DNA of 64,000 bases from Eledone cirrhosa (GCA_964016885.1 OZ024741.1:374046001-374110000); one strand, 5' to 3'; counted from the stretch's first letter, positions 28,701-45,700 are shown. Notes: generated by a model from the letters alone, not told the origin. Numbers and translations: made by a program.

Positions 28701-31700
28701 TAATACTAACTACAATAGCAGTAATTACCAATAGTTTAATACTAACTACAATAGCAGTAATTACCAATAGTTTAATACTAACTACAGTAGCAGTAATTAC
28801 AAATAGCTAATACTAACTACAATAGAAGTAATTACCAATAGTTTAATACTATCTACAACAACAGTAATTACCAATAGTTTAATACTAACTACAATAGCAG
28901 TAATTACCAATAGTTTAATACTAACTACAATAGCAGTAATTACCAATAGTTTAATACTAAATACAGTAGCAGTAATTACCAATAGTTTAACACTAACTAC
29001 AACAGCAGTAATTAACAATAGTTTAATACTAACTACAGTAGCAGTAATTACCAGTAGTTTAATACTAACTACAATAGCAGTAATTACCAATAGTTTAATA
29101 CTAACTACAATAGAAGTAATTACCAATAGTTTAATACTAACTACAGCAGCAGTATTTCCCAATAGTTTAATACTAACTACAATAGCAGTAATTACCAATA
29201 GTTTAATACTAACTACAGTAGCAGTAATTACCAATAGTTTAATACTAACTACAACAGCAGTAATTGCCAATAGTTTAATACTAACTACAGTAGCAGTAAT
29301 TACCAATAGTTTAATACTAACTACAGTAGCAGTAATTACCAATAGTTTAATACTAACTACAGTAGCAGTAATTACCAATAGTTTAATACTAACTACAGTA
29401 CCAGTAATTACAAATAGTTTAATACTAACTACAGTAGCAGTAATTTCCAATAGTTTAATACTAATTACGACAGCAGTAATTACCAATAATTTAATACTAA
29501 CTACAGTAGCAGTAATTACCAATACTTTAATACTAACTACAATAGCAGTAATTACCAATAGTTTAATACTAACTACAATAGCAGTAATTACCAATAGTTT
29601 AATACTAACTACAGTAGCAGAAATTACCAATAGTTTAATACTAACTACAGTAGCAGTAATTACCAATAGTTTAATACTAACTACAATAGCAGTAATTACC
29701 AATAGTTTAATACTAAGTACATAGCAGTAATTACCAATAGTTTAATACTAACTACAATAGCAGTAATTACCAATAGTTTAATACTAACTACAGTAGCAGT
29801 AATTACCAATAGTTTAATACTAACTACAGTAGCAGTAATTACCAATAGTTTAATACTAACTACAATAGCAGTAATTACCAATAGTTTAATACTATCTACA
29901 ATAGCAGTAATTAACAATAGTTTAATACTAACTAAAGTAGCAGTAATTACAAATAGTTTAATACTAACTACAATAGCAGTAATTACCTATAGGTTAATAC
30001 TATCTACAACAGCAGTAATTACCAATAGTTTAATACTAACTACAGTAGCAGTAATTACAAATAGTTTAATACTGACTAAAATAGCAGTAATTACCAATAG
30101 TTTAATACTACCTACAATAGCAGTAATTTCCAATAGTTTAATACTAACTAGAGTAGCAGTAATTACCAATAGTTTAATACTAACTAGAGTAGCAGTAATT
30201 ACCAATAGTTTAATACTAACTACAATAGCAGTAATTACCAATAGTTTAATACTAACTACAATAGCAGTAATTACCAATAGTTTAATACTAACTACAATAG
30301 CAGTAATTACCAATAGTTTAATACTAACTACAGTAGCAGTAATTACCAATAGTTTAATACTAACTACAACAGCAGTAATTACCAATAGTTTAATACTAAC
30401 TACAGTAGCAGTAATTACCAGTAGTTTAATACTAACTACAATAGCAGCAATTACCAATAGTTTAATACTAACTACAATAGAACTAATTACCAATAGTTTA
30501 ATACTAACTACAATAGCAGTAGTTACCAATAGTTGAATACTAACTACAATAGCAGTAATTACCAATAGTTTAATACTAACTACAGTTGCAGTAATTACCA
30601 ATAGTTTAATACTAACTACAACAGCAATAATTACCAATAGTTTAATACTAACTACAGTAGCAGTAATTACCAATAGTTTAATACTAACTACAATAGCAGT
30701 AATTACCAATAGTTTAATACTAACTACAACAGCAGTAAATACCAATAGTTTAATACTAACTACAATAGCAGTAATTACCAATAGTTTAATACTAACTACA
30801 GTATGAGTAATTACCAATAGTTTAATACTAACTACAGTAGCAGTAATTACCTATAGTTTAATACTAACTACAGTAGCAGTAATTACCAATAGTTTAATAC
30901 TAACTACAGTAGCAGTAATTACCAATAGTTTAATACTAACTACAATAGCAGTAATTACCAATAGTTTAATACTAACTACAGTAGCAGTAATTACCAATAG
31001 TTTAATACTAACTACGGTAGCAGTAATTACCAATAGTTTAATACTAACTACAATAGCAGTAATTACCAATAGTTTAATACAAACTACAGTAGCAGTAATT
31101 ACCACCAATGGTTTAATACTAACTACAACAGCAGTAATTACCAATGGTTTAATACTAACTACAGTAGCAGTAATTACCAATATTTTAATACTAACTACGG
31201 TAGCAGTAATTACCAATAGTTTAATACTAACTACAATAGCAATAATTAACAATAGTTTAATACTAACTACAATAGCAGTAATTAGCAATAGTTTAATACT
31301 AACTACAGTAGCAGTAATTACAAATAGTTTAATACTAACTAAAATAGCAGTAATTACCAATAGTTTAATACTAACTACAATAGCAGTAATTTCCAATAGT
31401 TTAATACTAAGTAGAGTAGCAGTAATTACCAATAGTTTAATACTAACTACAGTAGCAGTAATTACCAATAGTTTAATACTAACTACAATAGCAGTAATTA
31501 CCAATAGTTTAATACTAACTACAATAGCAGTAATTACCAATAGTTTAATACTAACTCCAATAGCAGTAATTACCAATAGTTTAATACTAACTACAGTAGC
31601 AGTAATTACCAATAGTTTAATACTAACTCCAATAGCAGTAATTACCAATAGTTTAATACTAACTACAGTAGCAGTAATTACCAATAGTTTAGTACTAACT

Positions 31701-34700
31701 ACAATAGAAGTAATTACCAATAGTTTAATACTAACTACAGTAGCAGTAATTACCAATAGTTTAATACTAACTACAATAGCAGTAATTACCAATAGTTTAA
31801 TACTAACTACAATAGCAGTAATTACCAATAGTTTAATACTAACTACAGTAGCAGTAATTACCAATAGTTTAATACTAACTACAATAGCAGTAATTACCAA
31901 TAGTTTAATACTAACTCCAATAGCAGTAATTACCAATAGTTTAATACTAACTACAGTATCAGTAATTACCAATAGTTTAGTACTAACTACAATAGAAGTA
32001 ATTACCAATAGTTTAATACTAACTACAATAGCAGTAATTACCAATAGTTTAATACTAACTCCAATAGCAGTAATTACGAATAGTTTAATACTAACTACAG
32101 TAGCAGTAATTACCAATAGTTTAATACTAACTCCAATAGCAGTAATTACCAATAGTTTAATACTAACTACAGTAGCAGTAATTACCAATAGTTTAGTACT
32201 AACTACAATAGAAGTAATTACCAATAGTTTAATACTAACTACAGTAGCAGTAATTACCAATAGTTTAATACTAACTACAATAGCAGTAATTACCAATAGT
32301 TTAATACTAACTACAATAGCAGTAATTACCAATAGTTTAATACTAACTACAATAGCAGTAATTACCAATAGTTTAATACTAACTAAAGTAGCAGTAATTA
32401 CCAATAGTTTAATACTAACTACAGTAGCAGTAATTACCAATAATTTAATACTAACTACAATAGCAGTAATTGCCAATAGTTTAGTACTAACTACAATAGA
32501 AGTAATTACCAATAGTTTAATACTAACTAGAGTAGCAGTAATTACCAATAGTTTAGTACTAACTACAATAGAAGTAATTACCAATAGTTTAATACTAACT
32601 ACAGTAGCAGTAATTACCAATAGTTTAATACTAACTACAATAGCAGTAATTACCAATAGTTTAATACTAACTAGAATAGCAGTAATTACCAATAGTTTAA
32701 TACTAACTACAACAGCAGTAAATACCAATAGTTTAATACTAACTACAATAGCAGTAATTACCAATAGTTTAATACTAACTACAGTATGAGTAATTACCAA
32801 TAGTTTAATACTAACTACATTAGCAGTAATTACCTATAGTTTAATACTAACTACAGTAGCAGTAATTACCAATAGTTTAATACTAACTACAGTAGCAGTA
32901 ATTACCAATAGTTTAATACTAACTACAATAGCAGTAATTACCAATAGTTTAATACTAACTACAGTAGCAGTAATTACCAATAGTTTAATACTAACTACGG
33001 TAGCAGTAATTACCAATAGTTTAATACTAACTACAATAGCAGTAATTACCAATAGTTTAATACAAACTACAGTAGCAGTAATTACCACCAATGGTTTAAT
33101 ACTAACTACAACATCAGTAATTACCAATGGTTTAATACTAACTACAGTAGCAGTAATTACCAATATTTTAATACTAACTACGGTAGCAGTAATTACCAAT
33201 AGTTTAATACTAACTACAATAGAAATAATTACCAATAGTTTAATACTAACTACAATAGCAGTAATTAGCAATAGTTTAATACTAACTAGAGTAGCAGTAA
33301 TTATAAATAGTTTAATACTAACTAAAATAGCAGTAATTACCAATAGTTTAATACTAACTACAATAGCAGTAATTTCCAATAGTTTAATACTAAGTAGAGT
33401 AGCAGTAATTACCAATAGTTTAATACTAACTACAGTAGCAGTAATTACCAATAGTTTAATACTAACTCCAATAGCAGTAATTACCAATAGTTTAATACTA
33501 ACTACAGTAGCAGTAATTACCAATAGTTTAATACTAACTCCAATAGCAGTAATTACCAATAGTTTAATACTAACTACAGTAGCAGTAATTACCAATAGTT
33601 TAGTACTAACTACAATAGAAGTAATTACCAATAGTTTAATACTAACTACAGTAGCAGTAATTACCAATAGTTTAATACTAACTACAATAGCAGTAATTAC
33701 CAATAGTTTAATACTAACTACAATAGCAGTAATTACCAATAGTTTAATACTAACTACAATAGCAGTAATTACCAATAGTTTAATACTAACTACAGTAGCA
33801 GTAATTACCAATAGTTTAATACTAACTGCAACGGCAGTAATTGCCAATAGTTTAATACTAACTACAGTAGCAGTAATTACCAATAGTTTAATACGAACTA
33901 CAATAGCAGTAATTACCAATAGTTTAATACTAACTACAGTAGCAGTAATTACCAATAGTTTAATACTAACTACAGTAGCAGTAATTACCAATAGTTTAAT
34001 ACTAACTCCAATAGCAGTAATTACCAATAGTTTAATACTAACTACAGTAGCAGTAATTACCAATAGTTTAATACTAACTCCAATAGCAGTAATTACCAAT
34101 AGTTTAATACTAACTACAGTAGCAGTAATTACCAATAGTTTAGTACTAACTACAATAGAAGTAATTACCAATAGTTTAATACTAACTACAGTAGCAGTAA
34201 TTACCAATAGTTTAATACTAACTACAATAGCAGTAATTACCAATAGTTTAATACTAACTACAATAGCAGTAATTACCAATAGTTTAATACTAACTACAAT
34301 AGCAGTAATTACCAATAGTTTAATACTAACTACAGTAGCAGTAATTACCAATAGTTTAATACTAACTGCAACGGCAGTAATTGCCAATAGTTTAATACTA
34401 ACTACAGTAGCAGTAATTACCAATAGTTTAATACGAACTACAATAGCAGTAATTACCAATAGTTTAATACTAACTACAGTAGCAGTAATTACCAATAGTT
34501 TAATACTAACTACAGTAGCAGTAATTACCAATAGTTTAATACTAACTACAGTACCAGTAATTACCAATAGTTTAATACTAACTACAGTAGCAGTAATTAC
34601 CAATAGTTTAATACTAGCTACAATAGCAGTAATTACCAATAGTTTAATACTAACTACAGTAGCAGTAATTACCAATAGTTTAATACTAACTACAATAGCA

Positions 34701-37700
34701 GTAATTACCAATAGTTTAATACTAACTACAGTAGCAGTAATTACCAATAGTTTAATACTAACTACAGTAGCAGTAATTACCAATAGTTTAATACTAACTA
34801 CAATAGCAGTAATTACCAATAGTTTAATACTAACTACAATAGCAGTAATTACTAATAGTTTAATACTAACTACAGTAGCAGTAATTACAAATAGTTTAAT
34901 ACTAACTACAATAGCAGTAATTACCAATAGTTTAATACTAACTACAGTAGCAGTAATTACCAATAGTTTAATACTAACTACAGTAGCAGTGATTACCAAT
35001 AGTTTAATACTAACTACAGTAGCAGTAATTACAAATAGTTTAATACTGACTAAAATAGCAGTAATTACCAATAGTTTAGTACTACCTACAATAGCAGTAA
35101 TTTCCAATAGTTTAATACTAACTAGAGTAGCAGTAATTACCAATAGTTTAATACTAACTACAATAGCAGTAATTACCAATAGTTTAATACTAACTACAGT
35201 AGCAGTAATTACCAATAGTTTAATACTAACTACAGTAGCAGTGATTACCAATAGTTTAATACTAACTACAGTAGCAGTAATTACAAATAGTTTAATACTG
35301 ACTAAAATAGCAGTAATTACCAATAGTTTAGTACTACCTACAATAGCAGTAATTTCCAATAGTTTAATACTAACTAGAGTAGCAGTAATTACCAATAGTT
35401 TAATACTAACTACAATAGTAGTAATTACCAATAGTTCACTACTAACTACAGAAGCAGTAATTATCAATAGTTTAATACTAACTACAATAGCAGTAATTAC
35501 CAATAGTTTAATACTAACTACAGTAGCAGTAATTACCAATAGTTTAATACTAACTACAGTAGCAGTTATTACCATTAGTTTAATACTAACTACAATAGCA
35601 GTAATTACCAATAGTTTAATACTAACTACAGTAGCAGTAATTACCAATAGTTTAATAATAACTGCAACGGCAGTAATTGCCAATAGTTTAATACTAACTA
35701 CAGTAGCAGTAATTACCAATAGTTTAATACTAACTACAATAGCAGTAATTACCAATAGTTTAATACTAACTACAGTAGCAGTAATTACCAATAGTTTAAT
35801 ACTAACTACAGTAGCAGTAATTACCAATAGTTTAATACTAACTACAGTACCAGTAATTACCAATAGTTTAATACTAACTACAGTAGCAGTAATTTCCAAT
35901 AGTTTAATACTAATTACAACAGCAGTAATTACCAATAATTTAATACTAACTACAGTAGCAGTAATTACCAATAGTTTAATACTAACTACAATAGCAGTAA
36001 TTAACAATAGTTTAATACTAACTACAATAGCAGTAATTACCAATAGTTTAATACTAACTACAGTAGCAGTAATTACCAATAGTTTAATACTAACTACAGT
36101 AGCAGTAATTACCAATAGTTTAATACTAGCTACAATAGCAGTAATTACCAATAGTTTAATACTAACTACAGTAGCAGTAATTACCAATAGTTTAATACTA
36201 ACTACAATAGCAGTAATTACCAATAGTTTAATACTAACTACAGTAGCAGTAATTACCAATAGTTTAATACTAACTACAGTAGCAGTAATTACCAATAGTT
36301 TAATACTAACTACAGTAGCAGTGATTACCAATAGTTTAATACTAACTACAGTAGCAGTAATTACAAATAGTTTAATACTGACTAAAATAGCAGTAATTAC
36401 CAATAGTTTAGTACTACCTACAATAGCAGTAATTTCCAATAGTTTAATACTAACTAGAGTAGCAGTAATTACCAATAGTTTAATACTAAGTACAATAGCA
36501 GTAATTACCAATAGTTCACTACTAACTACAGTAGCAGTAATTATCAATAGTTTAATACTAACTACAATAGCAGTAATTACCAATAGTTTAATACTAACTA
36601 CAGTAGCAGTAATTAACAATAGTTTAATACTAACTACAGTGGGCAGTAATTACCAATAGTTTAATACTAACTACAATAGCAGTAATTACCAATAGTTTAA
36701 TACTAACTACAGTAGCAGAAATTACCAATAGTTTAATACTAACTACAGTAGCAGTAATTACCAATAGTTTAATACTAACTAAAATAGCAGTAATTACCAA
36801 TAGTTTAATACTAACTACAGTAGCAGTAATTACCAATAGTTTAATACTAAATACAGTAGCAGTAATTAGCAATAGTTTAATACTAACTACAGTAACAGTA
36901 ATTACCAATAGTTTAATACTAACTAGAGTAGCAGTAATTACCAATAGTTTAATACTAACTACAATAGCTGTAATTACCAATAGTTTAATACTAACTACAA
37001 TAGCAGTAATTACCAATAGTTTAATACTAACTACAGTAGCAGTAATTACAAATAGTTTAATACTAACTACAATAGCAGTAATTACCAATAGTTTAATACT
37101 AACTACAGTAGCAGTAATTACCAATCGTTTAATACTAACTACAGTAGCAGTAATTACCAATAGTTTAATACTAACTACAGTAGCAGTAATTACAAATAGT
37201 TTAATACTGACTAAAATAGCAGTAATTACCAATAGTTTAATACTACCTACAATAGCAGTAATTTCCAATAGTTTAATACTAACTAGAATAGCAGTAATTA
37301 CCAATAGTTTAATACTAACTACAATAGCAGTAATTACCAATAGTTCAATACTAACTACAGTAGCAGTAATTATCAATAGTTTAATACTAACTACAATAGC
37401 AGTAATTACCAATAGTTTAATACTAACTACAGTAGCAGTAATTAACAATAGTTTAATACTAACTACAGTAGCAGTAATTACCAATAGTTTAATACTAACT
37501 ACAATAGCAGTAATTACCAATAGTTTAATACTAACTACAGTAGCAGAAATTACCAATAGTTTAATACTAACTACAGTAGCAGTAATTACCAATAGTTTAA
37601 TAGTAACTAAAATAGCAGTAATTACCAATAGTTTAATACTAACTACAGTAACAGTAATTACCAATAGTTTAATACTAACTAGAGTAGCACTAATTACCAA

Positions 37701-40700
37701 TAGTTTAATACTAACTACAACAGCAGTAATTACCAATAGTTTAATACTAACTACAATAGCAGTAATTTCCAATAGTTTAATACTAAGTAGAGTAGCAGTA
37801 ATTACCAATAGTTTAATACTAACTACAGTAGCAGTAATTACCAATAGTTTAATACTAACTCCAATAGCAGTAATTACCAATAGTTTAATACTAACTACAG
37901 TAGCAGTAATTACCAATAGTTTAATACTAACTCCAATAGCAGTAATTACCAATAGTTTAATACTAACTACAGTAGCAGTAATTACCAATAGTTTAGTACT
38001 AACTACAATAGAAGTAATTACCAATAGTTTAATACTAACTACAGTAGCAGTAATTACCAATAGTTTAATACTAACTACAATAGCAGTAATTACCAATAGT
38101 TTAATACTAACTACAATAGCAGTAATTACCAATAGTTTAATACTAACTACAGTAGCAGTAATTACCAATAGTTTAATACTAACTACAATAGCAGTAATTA
38201 CCAATAGTTTAATACTAACTCCAATAGCAGTAATTACCAATAGTTTAATACTAACTACAGTAGCAGTAATTACCAATAGTTTAGTACTAACTACAATAGA
38301 AGTAATTACCAATAGTTTAATACTAACTACAATAGCAGTAATTACCAATAGTTTAATACTAACTCCAATAGCAGTAATTACCAATAGTTTAATACTAACT
38401 ACAGTAGCAGTAATTACCAATAGTTTAATACTAACTCCAATAGCAGTAATTACCAATAGTTTAATACTAACTACAGTAGAAGTAATTACCAATAGTTTAG
38501 TACTAACTACAATAGAAGTAATTACCAATACTTTAATACTAACTACAGTAGCAGTAATTACCAATAGTTTAATACTAACTACAATAGCAGTAATTACCAA
38601 TAGTTTAATACTAACTACAATAGCAGTAATTACCAATAGTTTAATACTAACTACAATAGCAGTAATTACCAATAGTTTAATACTAACTAAATTAGCAGTA
38701 ATTACCAATAGTTTAATACTAACTACAGTAGCAGTAATTACCAATAATTTAATACTAACTACAATAGCAGTAATTGCCAATAGTTTAATACTAACTACAA
38801 TAGCAGTAATTACCAATAGTTTAATACTAACTACAGTAGCAGTAATTGCCAATAGTTTAATACTAACTACAATAGCAGTAATTACCAATAATTTAATACT
38901 AACTACAGTAGCAGTAATTACCAATAGTTTAATACTAACTATGGTAGCAGTAATTACCAATAGTTTAATACTAACTACAACAGCAGTAATTACCAATGGT
39001 TTAATACTAACTACAGTAACAGTAATTACCAATGGTTTAATACTAACTACAATAGCAGTAATTACCCATAGTTTAATACTAGATACAATAGCAGTAATTA
39101 CCAATAGTTTAATACGAACTACAGTAACAGTAATTACCAATAGTTTAATACTAACTACAATAACAGTAATTACCCATAGTTTAATACTAGATACAATAGC
39201 AGTAATTACCAATAGTTTAATACTAACTACAGTAGCAGTAATTACCAATAGTTTAATACTAACTACAGTAGCAGTAATTACCAATAGTTTAATACTAACT
39301 ACAATAGCAGTAATTATCAATAGTTTAATACTAACTACAGTAGCAGTAATTACCAATAGTTTAATACTAACTACGGTAGCAGTAATTACCAATAGTTTAA
39401 TACTAACTAGAGTAGCAGTAATTACCAATGGTTTAATACTAACTACAATAGCAGTAATTACCAATAGTTTAATACTAACTACAGTAGCAGTAATTACCAA
39501 TAGTTTAATACTAACTACAGTAGCAGTAATTACCAATAGTTTAATACTAACTACAATAGCAGTAATTGCCAATAGTTTAATACTAACTAAAATAGCAGTA
39601 ATTTCCAATAGTTTAATACTAACTACAGTAGCAGTAACTACCTATAGTTTAATACTAACTACAGTGGCAGTAATTACCAATAGTTTAGTACTAACTACAG
39701 TAGCAGTAATTACCAATAGTTTAATACTAACTACAATAGCAGTAATTACCAATAGTTTAATACTAACTACAGTAACAGTAATTACCAATAGTTTAATACT
39801 AACTACAATAGCAGTAATTACCCATAGTTTAATACTAGATACAATATCAGTAATTACCAATAGTTTAATACTAACTACAGTAGCAGTAATTACCAATAGT
39901 TTAATACTAACTACAGTAGCAGTAATTACCAATAGTTTAATACTAACTACAATAGCAGTAATTACCAATAGTTTAATACTAACTACAGTAGCAGTAATTA
40001 CCAATAGGTTAATACTAACAACGGTAGCAGTAATTACCAATAGTTTAATACTAACTACAACAGCAGTAATTACCAATGGTTTAATACTAACTACAGTAGC
40101 AGTAATTACCAATATTTTAACACTAACTACGGTAGCAGTAATTACCAATAGTTTAATACTAACTACAATAGCAGTAATTGCCAATAGTTTAATACTAACT
40201 ACAATAGCAGTAATTACCAATAGTTTAATACTAACTACAGTAGCAGTAATTACCAATAGTTTAATACTAACTACAGTAGCAGTAATTACCAATAGTTTAA
40301 TACTAACTACAATAGCAGTAATTACCAATAGTGTAGTACTAACTACAATAGAAGTAATTACCAATAGTTTAATACTAACTACAGTAGCAGTAATTACCAA
40401 TAGTTTAATACTAACTACAATAGCAGTAATTACCAATAGTTTAATACTAACTACAACAGCAGTAATTGCCAATAGTTTAATACTAACTACAGTAGCAGTA
40501 ATTACAAATAGCTAATACTAACTACAATAGAAGTAATTACCAATAGTTTAATACTATCTACAACAGCAGTAATTACCAATAGTTTAATACTAACTACAAT
40601 AGCAGTAATTAACAATAGTTTAATACTAACTACAATAGCAGTAATTACCAATAGTTTAATACTAACTACAGTAGCAGTAATTACCAATAGTTTAATACTA

Positions 40701-42799
40701 ACTACAACAGCAGTAATTACCAATAGTTTAATACTAACTACAGTAGCAGTAATTACCAGTAGTTTAATACTAACTACAATAGCAGTAATTACCAATAGTT
40801 TAATACTAACTACAATAGAAGTAATTACCAATAGTTTAATACTAACTACAGCAGCCGTATTTCCCAATAGTTTAATACTAACTACAATAGCAGTAATTAC
40901 CAATAGTTTAATACTAACTACAGTAGCAGTAATTACCAATAGTTTAATACTAACTACAACAGCAGTAATTGCCAATAGTTTAATACTAACTACAGTAGCA
41001 GTAATTACCAATAGTTTAATACTAACTACAGTAGCAGTAATTACCAATAGTTTAATACTAACTACAGTAGCAGTAATTACCAATAGTTTAATACTAACTA
41101 CAGTACCAGTAATTACAAATAGTTTAATACTAACTACAGTAGCAGTAATTTCCAATAGTTTAATACTAATTACGACAGCAGTAATTACCAATAATTTAAT
41201 ACTAACTACAGTAGCAGTAATTACCAATACTTTAATACTAACTACAATAGCAGTAATTACCAATAGTTTAATACTAACTACAATAGCAGTAATTACCAAT
41301 AGTTTAATACTAACTACAGTAGCAGTAATTACCAATAGTTTAATACTAACTACAGTAGCAGTAATTACCGATAGTTTAATACTAACTACAATAGCAGTAA
41401 TTACCAATAGTTTAATACTAAGTACAGTAGCAGTAATTACCAATAGTTTAATACTAACTACAATAGCAGTAATTACCAATAGTTTAATACTAACTACAGT
41501 AGCAGTAATTACCAATAGTTTAATACTAACTACAGTAGCAGTAATTACCAATAGTTTAATACTAACTACAATAGCAGTAATTACCAATAGTTTAATACTA
41601 TCTACAATAGCAGTAATTACCAATAGTTTAATACTAACTAAAGTAGCAGTAATTACAAATAGTTTAATACTAACTACAATAGCAGTAATTACCAATAGGT
41701 TAATACTATCTACAACAGCAGTAATTACCAATAGTTTAATACTAACTACAGTAGCAGTAATTACAAATAGTTTAATACTGACTAAAATAGCAGTAATTAC
41801 CAATAGTTTAATACTACCTACAATAGCAGTAATTTCCAATAGTTTAATACTAACTAGAGTAGCAGTAATTACCAATAGTTTAATACTAACTAGAGTAGCA
41901 GTAATTACCAATAGTTTAATACTAACTACAATAGCAGTAATTACCAATAGTTTAATACTAACTACAATAGCAGTAATTACCAATAGTTTAATACTAACTA
42001 AAATAGCAGTAATTACCAATAGTTTAATACTAACTACAGTAGCAGTAATTACCAATAGTTTAATACTAACTACAACAGCAGTAATTACCAATAGTTTAAT
42101 ACTAACTACAGTAGCAGTAATTACCAGTAGTTTAATACTAACTACAATAGCAGCAATTACCAATAGTTTAATACTAACTACAATAGAACTAATTACCAAT
42201 AGTTTAATACTAACTACAATAGCAGTAATTACCAATAGTTTAATACTAACTACAATAGAAGTAATTACCAATAGTTTAATACTAACTACAGTAGCAGTAT
42301 TTACCAATAGTTTAATACTAACTACAATAGCAGTAATTACCAATAGTTTAGTACTAACTACAGTAGCAGTAATTACCAATAGTTTAATACTAACTACAGT
42401 AGCAGTAATTACCAATAGTTTAATACTAACTACAATAGCAGTAATTACCAATAGTTTAATACTAACTACAATAGCAGTAGTTACCAATAGTTGAATACTA
42501 ACTACAATAGCAGTAATTACCAATAGTTTAATACTAACTACAGTAGCAGTAATTACCAATAGTTTAATACTAACTACAACAGCAATAATTACCAATAGTT
42601 TAATACTAACTACAGTAGCAGTAATTACCAATAGTTTAATACTAACTACAATAGCAGTAATTACCAATAGTTTAATACTAACTACAACAGCAGTAAATAC
42701 CAATAGTTTAGTACTAACTACAATAGCAGTAATTATCAATAGTTTAATACTAACTACAGTATGAGTAATTACCAATAGTTTAATACTAACTACAGTAGC

Positions 42800-45700
42800 A
42801 GTAATTACCTATAGTTTAATACTAACTACAGTAGCAGTAATTACCAATAGTTTAATACTAACTACAGTAGCAGTAATTACCAATAGTTTAATACTAACTA
42901 CGGTAGCAGTAATTACCAATAGTTTAATACTAACTACAATAGCAGTAATTACCAATAGTTTAATACAAACTACAATAGCAGTAATTACCAATAGTTTAAT
43001 ACTAACTACAATAGAAGTAATTACCAATAGTTTAATACTAACTACAGTAGCAGTATTTACCAATAGTTTAATACTAACTACAATAGCAGTAATTACCAAT
43101 AGTTTAGTACTAACTACAGTAGCAGTAATTACCAATAGTTTAATACTAACTACAGTAGCAGTAATTACCAATAGTTTAATACTAACTACAATAGCAGTAA
43201 TTACCAATAGTTTAATACTAACTACAATAGCAGTAGTTACCAATAGTTGAATACTAACTACAATAGCAGTAATTACCAGTAGTTTAATACTAACTAGAGT
43301 AGCAGTAATTACCAATAGTTTAATACTAACTACAATTGCAGTAATTACCAATAGTTTAATACTAACTACAATAGCAGTAATTACCAATAGTTTAATACTA
43401 ACTACAATAGCAGTAATTACCAATAGTTTAATACTAACTACAGTAGCAGTAATTACCAATAGTTTAATACTAACTACAACAGCAGTAATTACCAATAGTT
43501 TAATACTAACTACAGTAGCAGTAATTACCAGTAGTTTAATACTAACTACAATAGCAGCAATTACCAATAGTTTAATACTAACTACAATAGAACTAATTAC
43601 CAATAGTTTAATACTAACTACAATAGCAGTAATTAACAATAGTTTAATACTAACTACAATAGAAGTAATTACCAATAGTTTAATACTAACTACAGTAGCA
43701 GTATTTACCAATAGTTTAATACTAACTACAATAGCAGTAATTACCAATAGTTTAGTACTAACTACAGTAGCAGTAATTACCAATAGTTTAATACTAACTA
43801 CAGTAGCAGTAATTACCAATAGTTTAATACTAACTACAATAGCAGTAATTACCAATAGTTTAATACTAACTACAATAGCAGTAGTTACCAATAGTTGAAT
43901 ACTAACTACAATAGCAGTAATTACCAATAGTTTAATACTAACTACAGTAGCAGTAATTACCAATAGTTTAATACTAACTACAACAGCAATAATTACCAAT
44001 AGTTTAATACTAAGTACAGTAGCAGTAATTACCAATAGTTTAATACTAACTACAATAGCAGTAATTACCAATAGTTTAATACTAACTACAACAGCAGTAA
44101 ATACCAATAGTTTAATACTAACTACAATAGCAGTAATTACCAATAGTTTAATACTAACTACAGTATGAGTAATTACCAATAGTTTAATACTAACTACAGT
44201 AGCAGTAATTACCTATAGTTTAATACTAACTACAGTAGCAGTAATTACCAATAGTTTAATACTAACTACAGTAGCAGTAATTACCAATAGTTTTATACTA
44301 ACTACAATAGCAGTAATTACCAATAGTTTAATACTAACTACAGTAGCAGTAATTACCAATAGTTTAATACTAACTACGGTAGCAGTAATTACCAATAGTT
44401 TAATACTAACTACAATAGCAGTAATTACCAATAGTTTAATACAAACTACAATAGCAGTAATTACCAATAGTTTAATACTAACTACAATAGAAGTAATTAC
44501 CAATAGTTTAATACTAACTACAGTAGCAGTATTTACCAATAGTTTAATACTAACTACAATAGCAGTAATTACCAATAGTTTAGTACTAACTACAGTAGCA
44601 GTAATTACCAATAGTTTAATACTAACTACAGTAGCAGTAATTACCAATAGTTTAATACTAACTACAATAGCAGTAATTACCAATAGTTTAATACTAACTA
44701 CAATAGCAGTAGTTACCAATAGTTGAATACTAACTACAATAGCAGTAATTACCAATAGTTTAATACTAACTACAGTAGCAGTAATTACCAATAGTTTAAT
44801 ACTAACTACAACAGCAATAATTACCAATAGTTTAATACTAACTACAGTAGCAGTAATTACCAATAGTTTAATACTAACTACAATAGCAGTAATTACCAAT
44901 AATTTAATACTAACTACAACAGCAGTAAATACCAATAGTTTAATACTAACTACAATAGCAGTAATTACCAATAGTTTAATACTAACTACAGTATGAGTAA
45001 TTACCAATAGTTTAATACTAACTACAGTAGCAGTAATTACCTATAGTTTAATACTAACTACAGTAGCAGTAATTACCAATAGTTTAATACCAACTACAGT
45101 AGCAGTAATTACCAATAGTTTTATACTAACTACAATAGCAGTAATTACCAATAGTTTAATACTAACTACAGTAGCAGTAATTACCAATGGTTTAATACTA
45201 ACTACGGTAGCAGTAATTACCAATAGTTTAATACTAACTACAATAGCAGTAATTACCAATAGTTTAATACAAACTACAGTAGCAGTAATTACCACCAATG
45301 GTTTAATACTAACTACAACAGCAGTAATAACCAATGGTTTAATACTAACTACAGTAGCAGTAATTACCAATATTTTAATACTAACTACGGTAGCAGTAAT
45401 TACCAATAGTTTAATACTAACTACAATAGCAATAATTACCAATAGTTTAATACTAACTACAATAGCAGTAATTAGCAATAGTTTAATACTAACTGCAGTA
45501 GCAGTAATTACAAATAGTTTAATACTAACTAAAATAGCAGTAATTACCAATAGTTTAATACTAACTACAATAGCAGTAATTTCCAATAGTTTAATACTAA
45601 GTAGAGTAGCAGTAATTACCAATAGTTTAATACTAACTACAGTAGCAGTAATTACCAATAGTGTAATACTAACTACAATAGCAGTAATTACCAATAGTTT

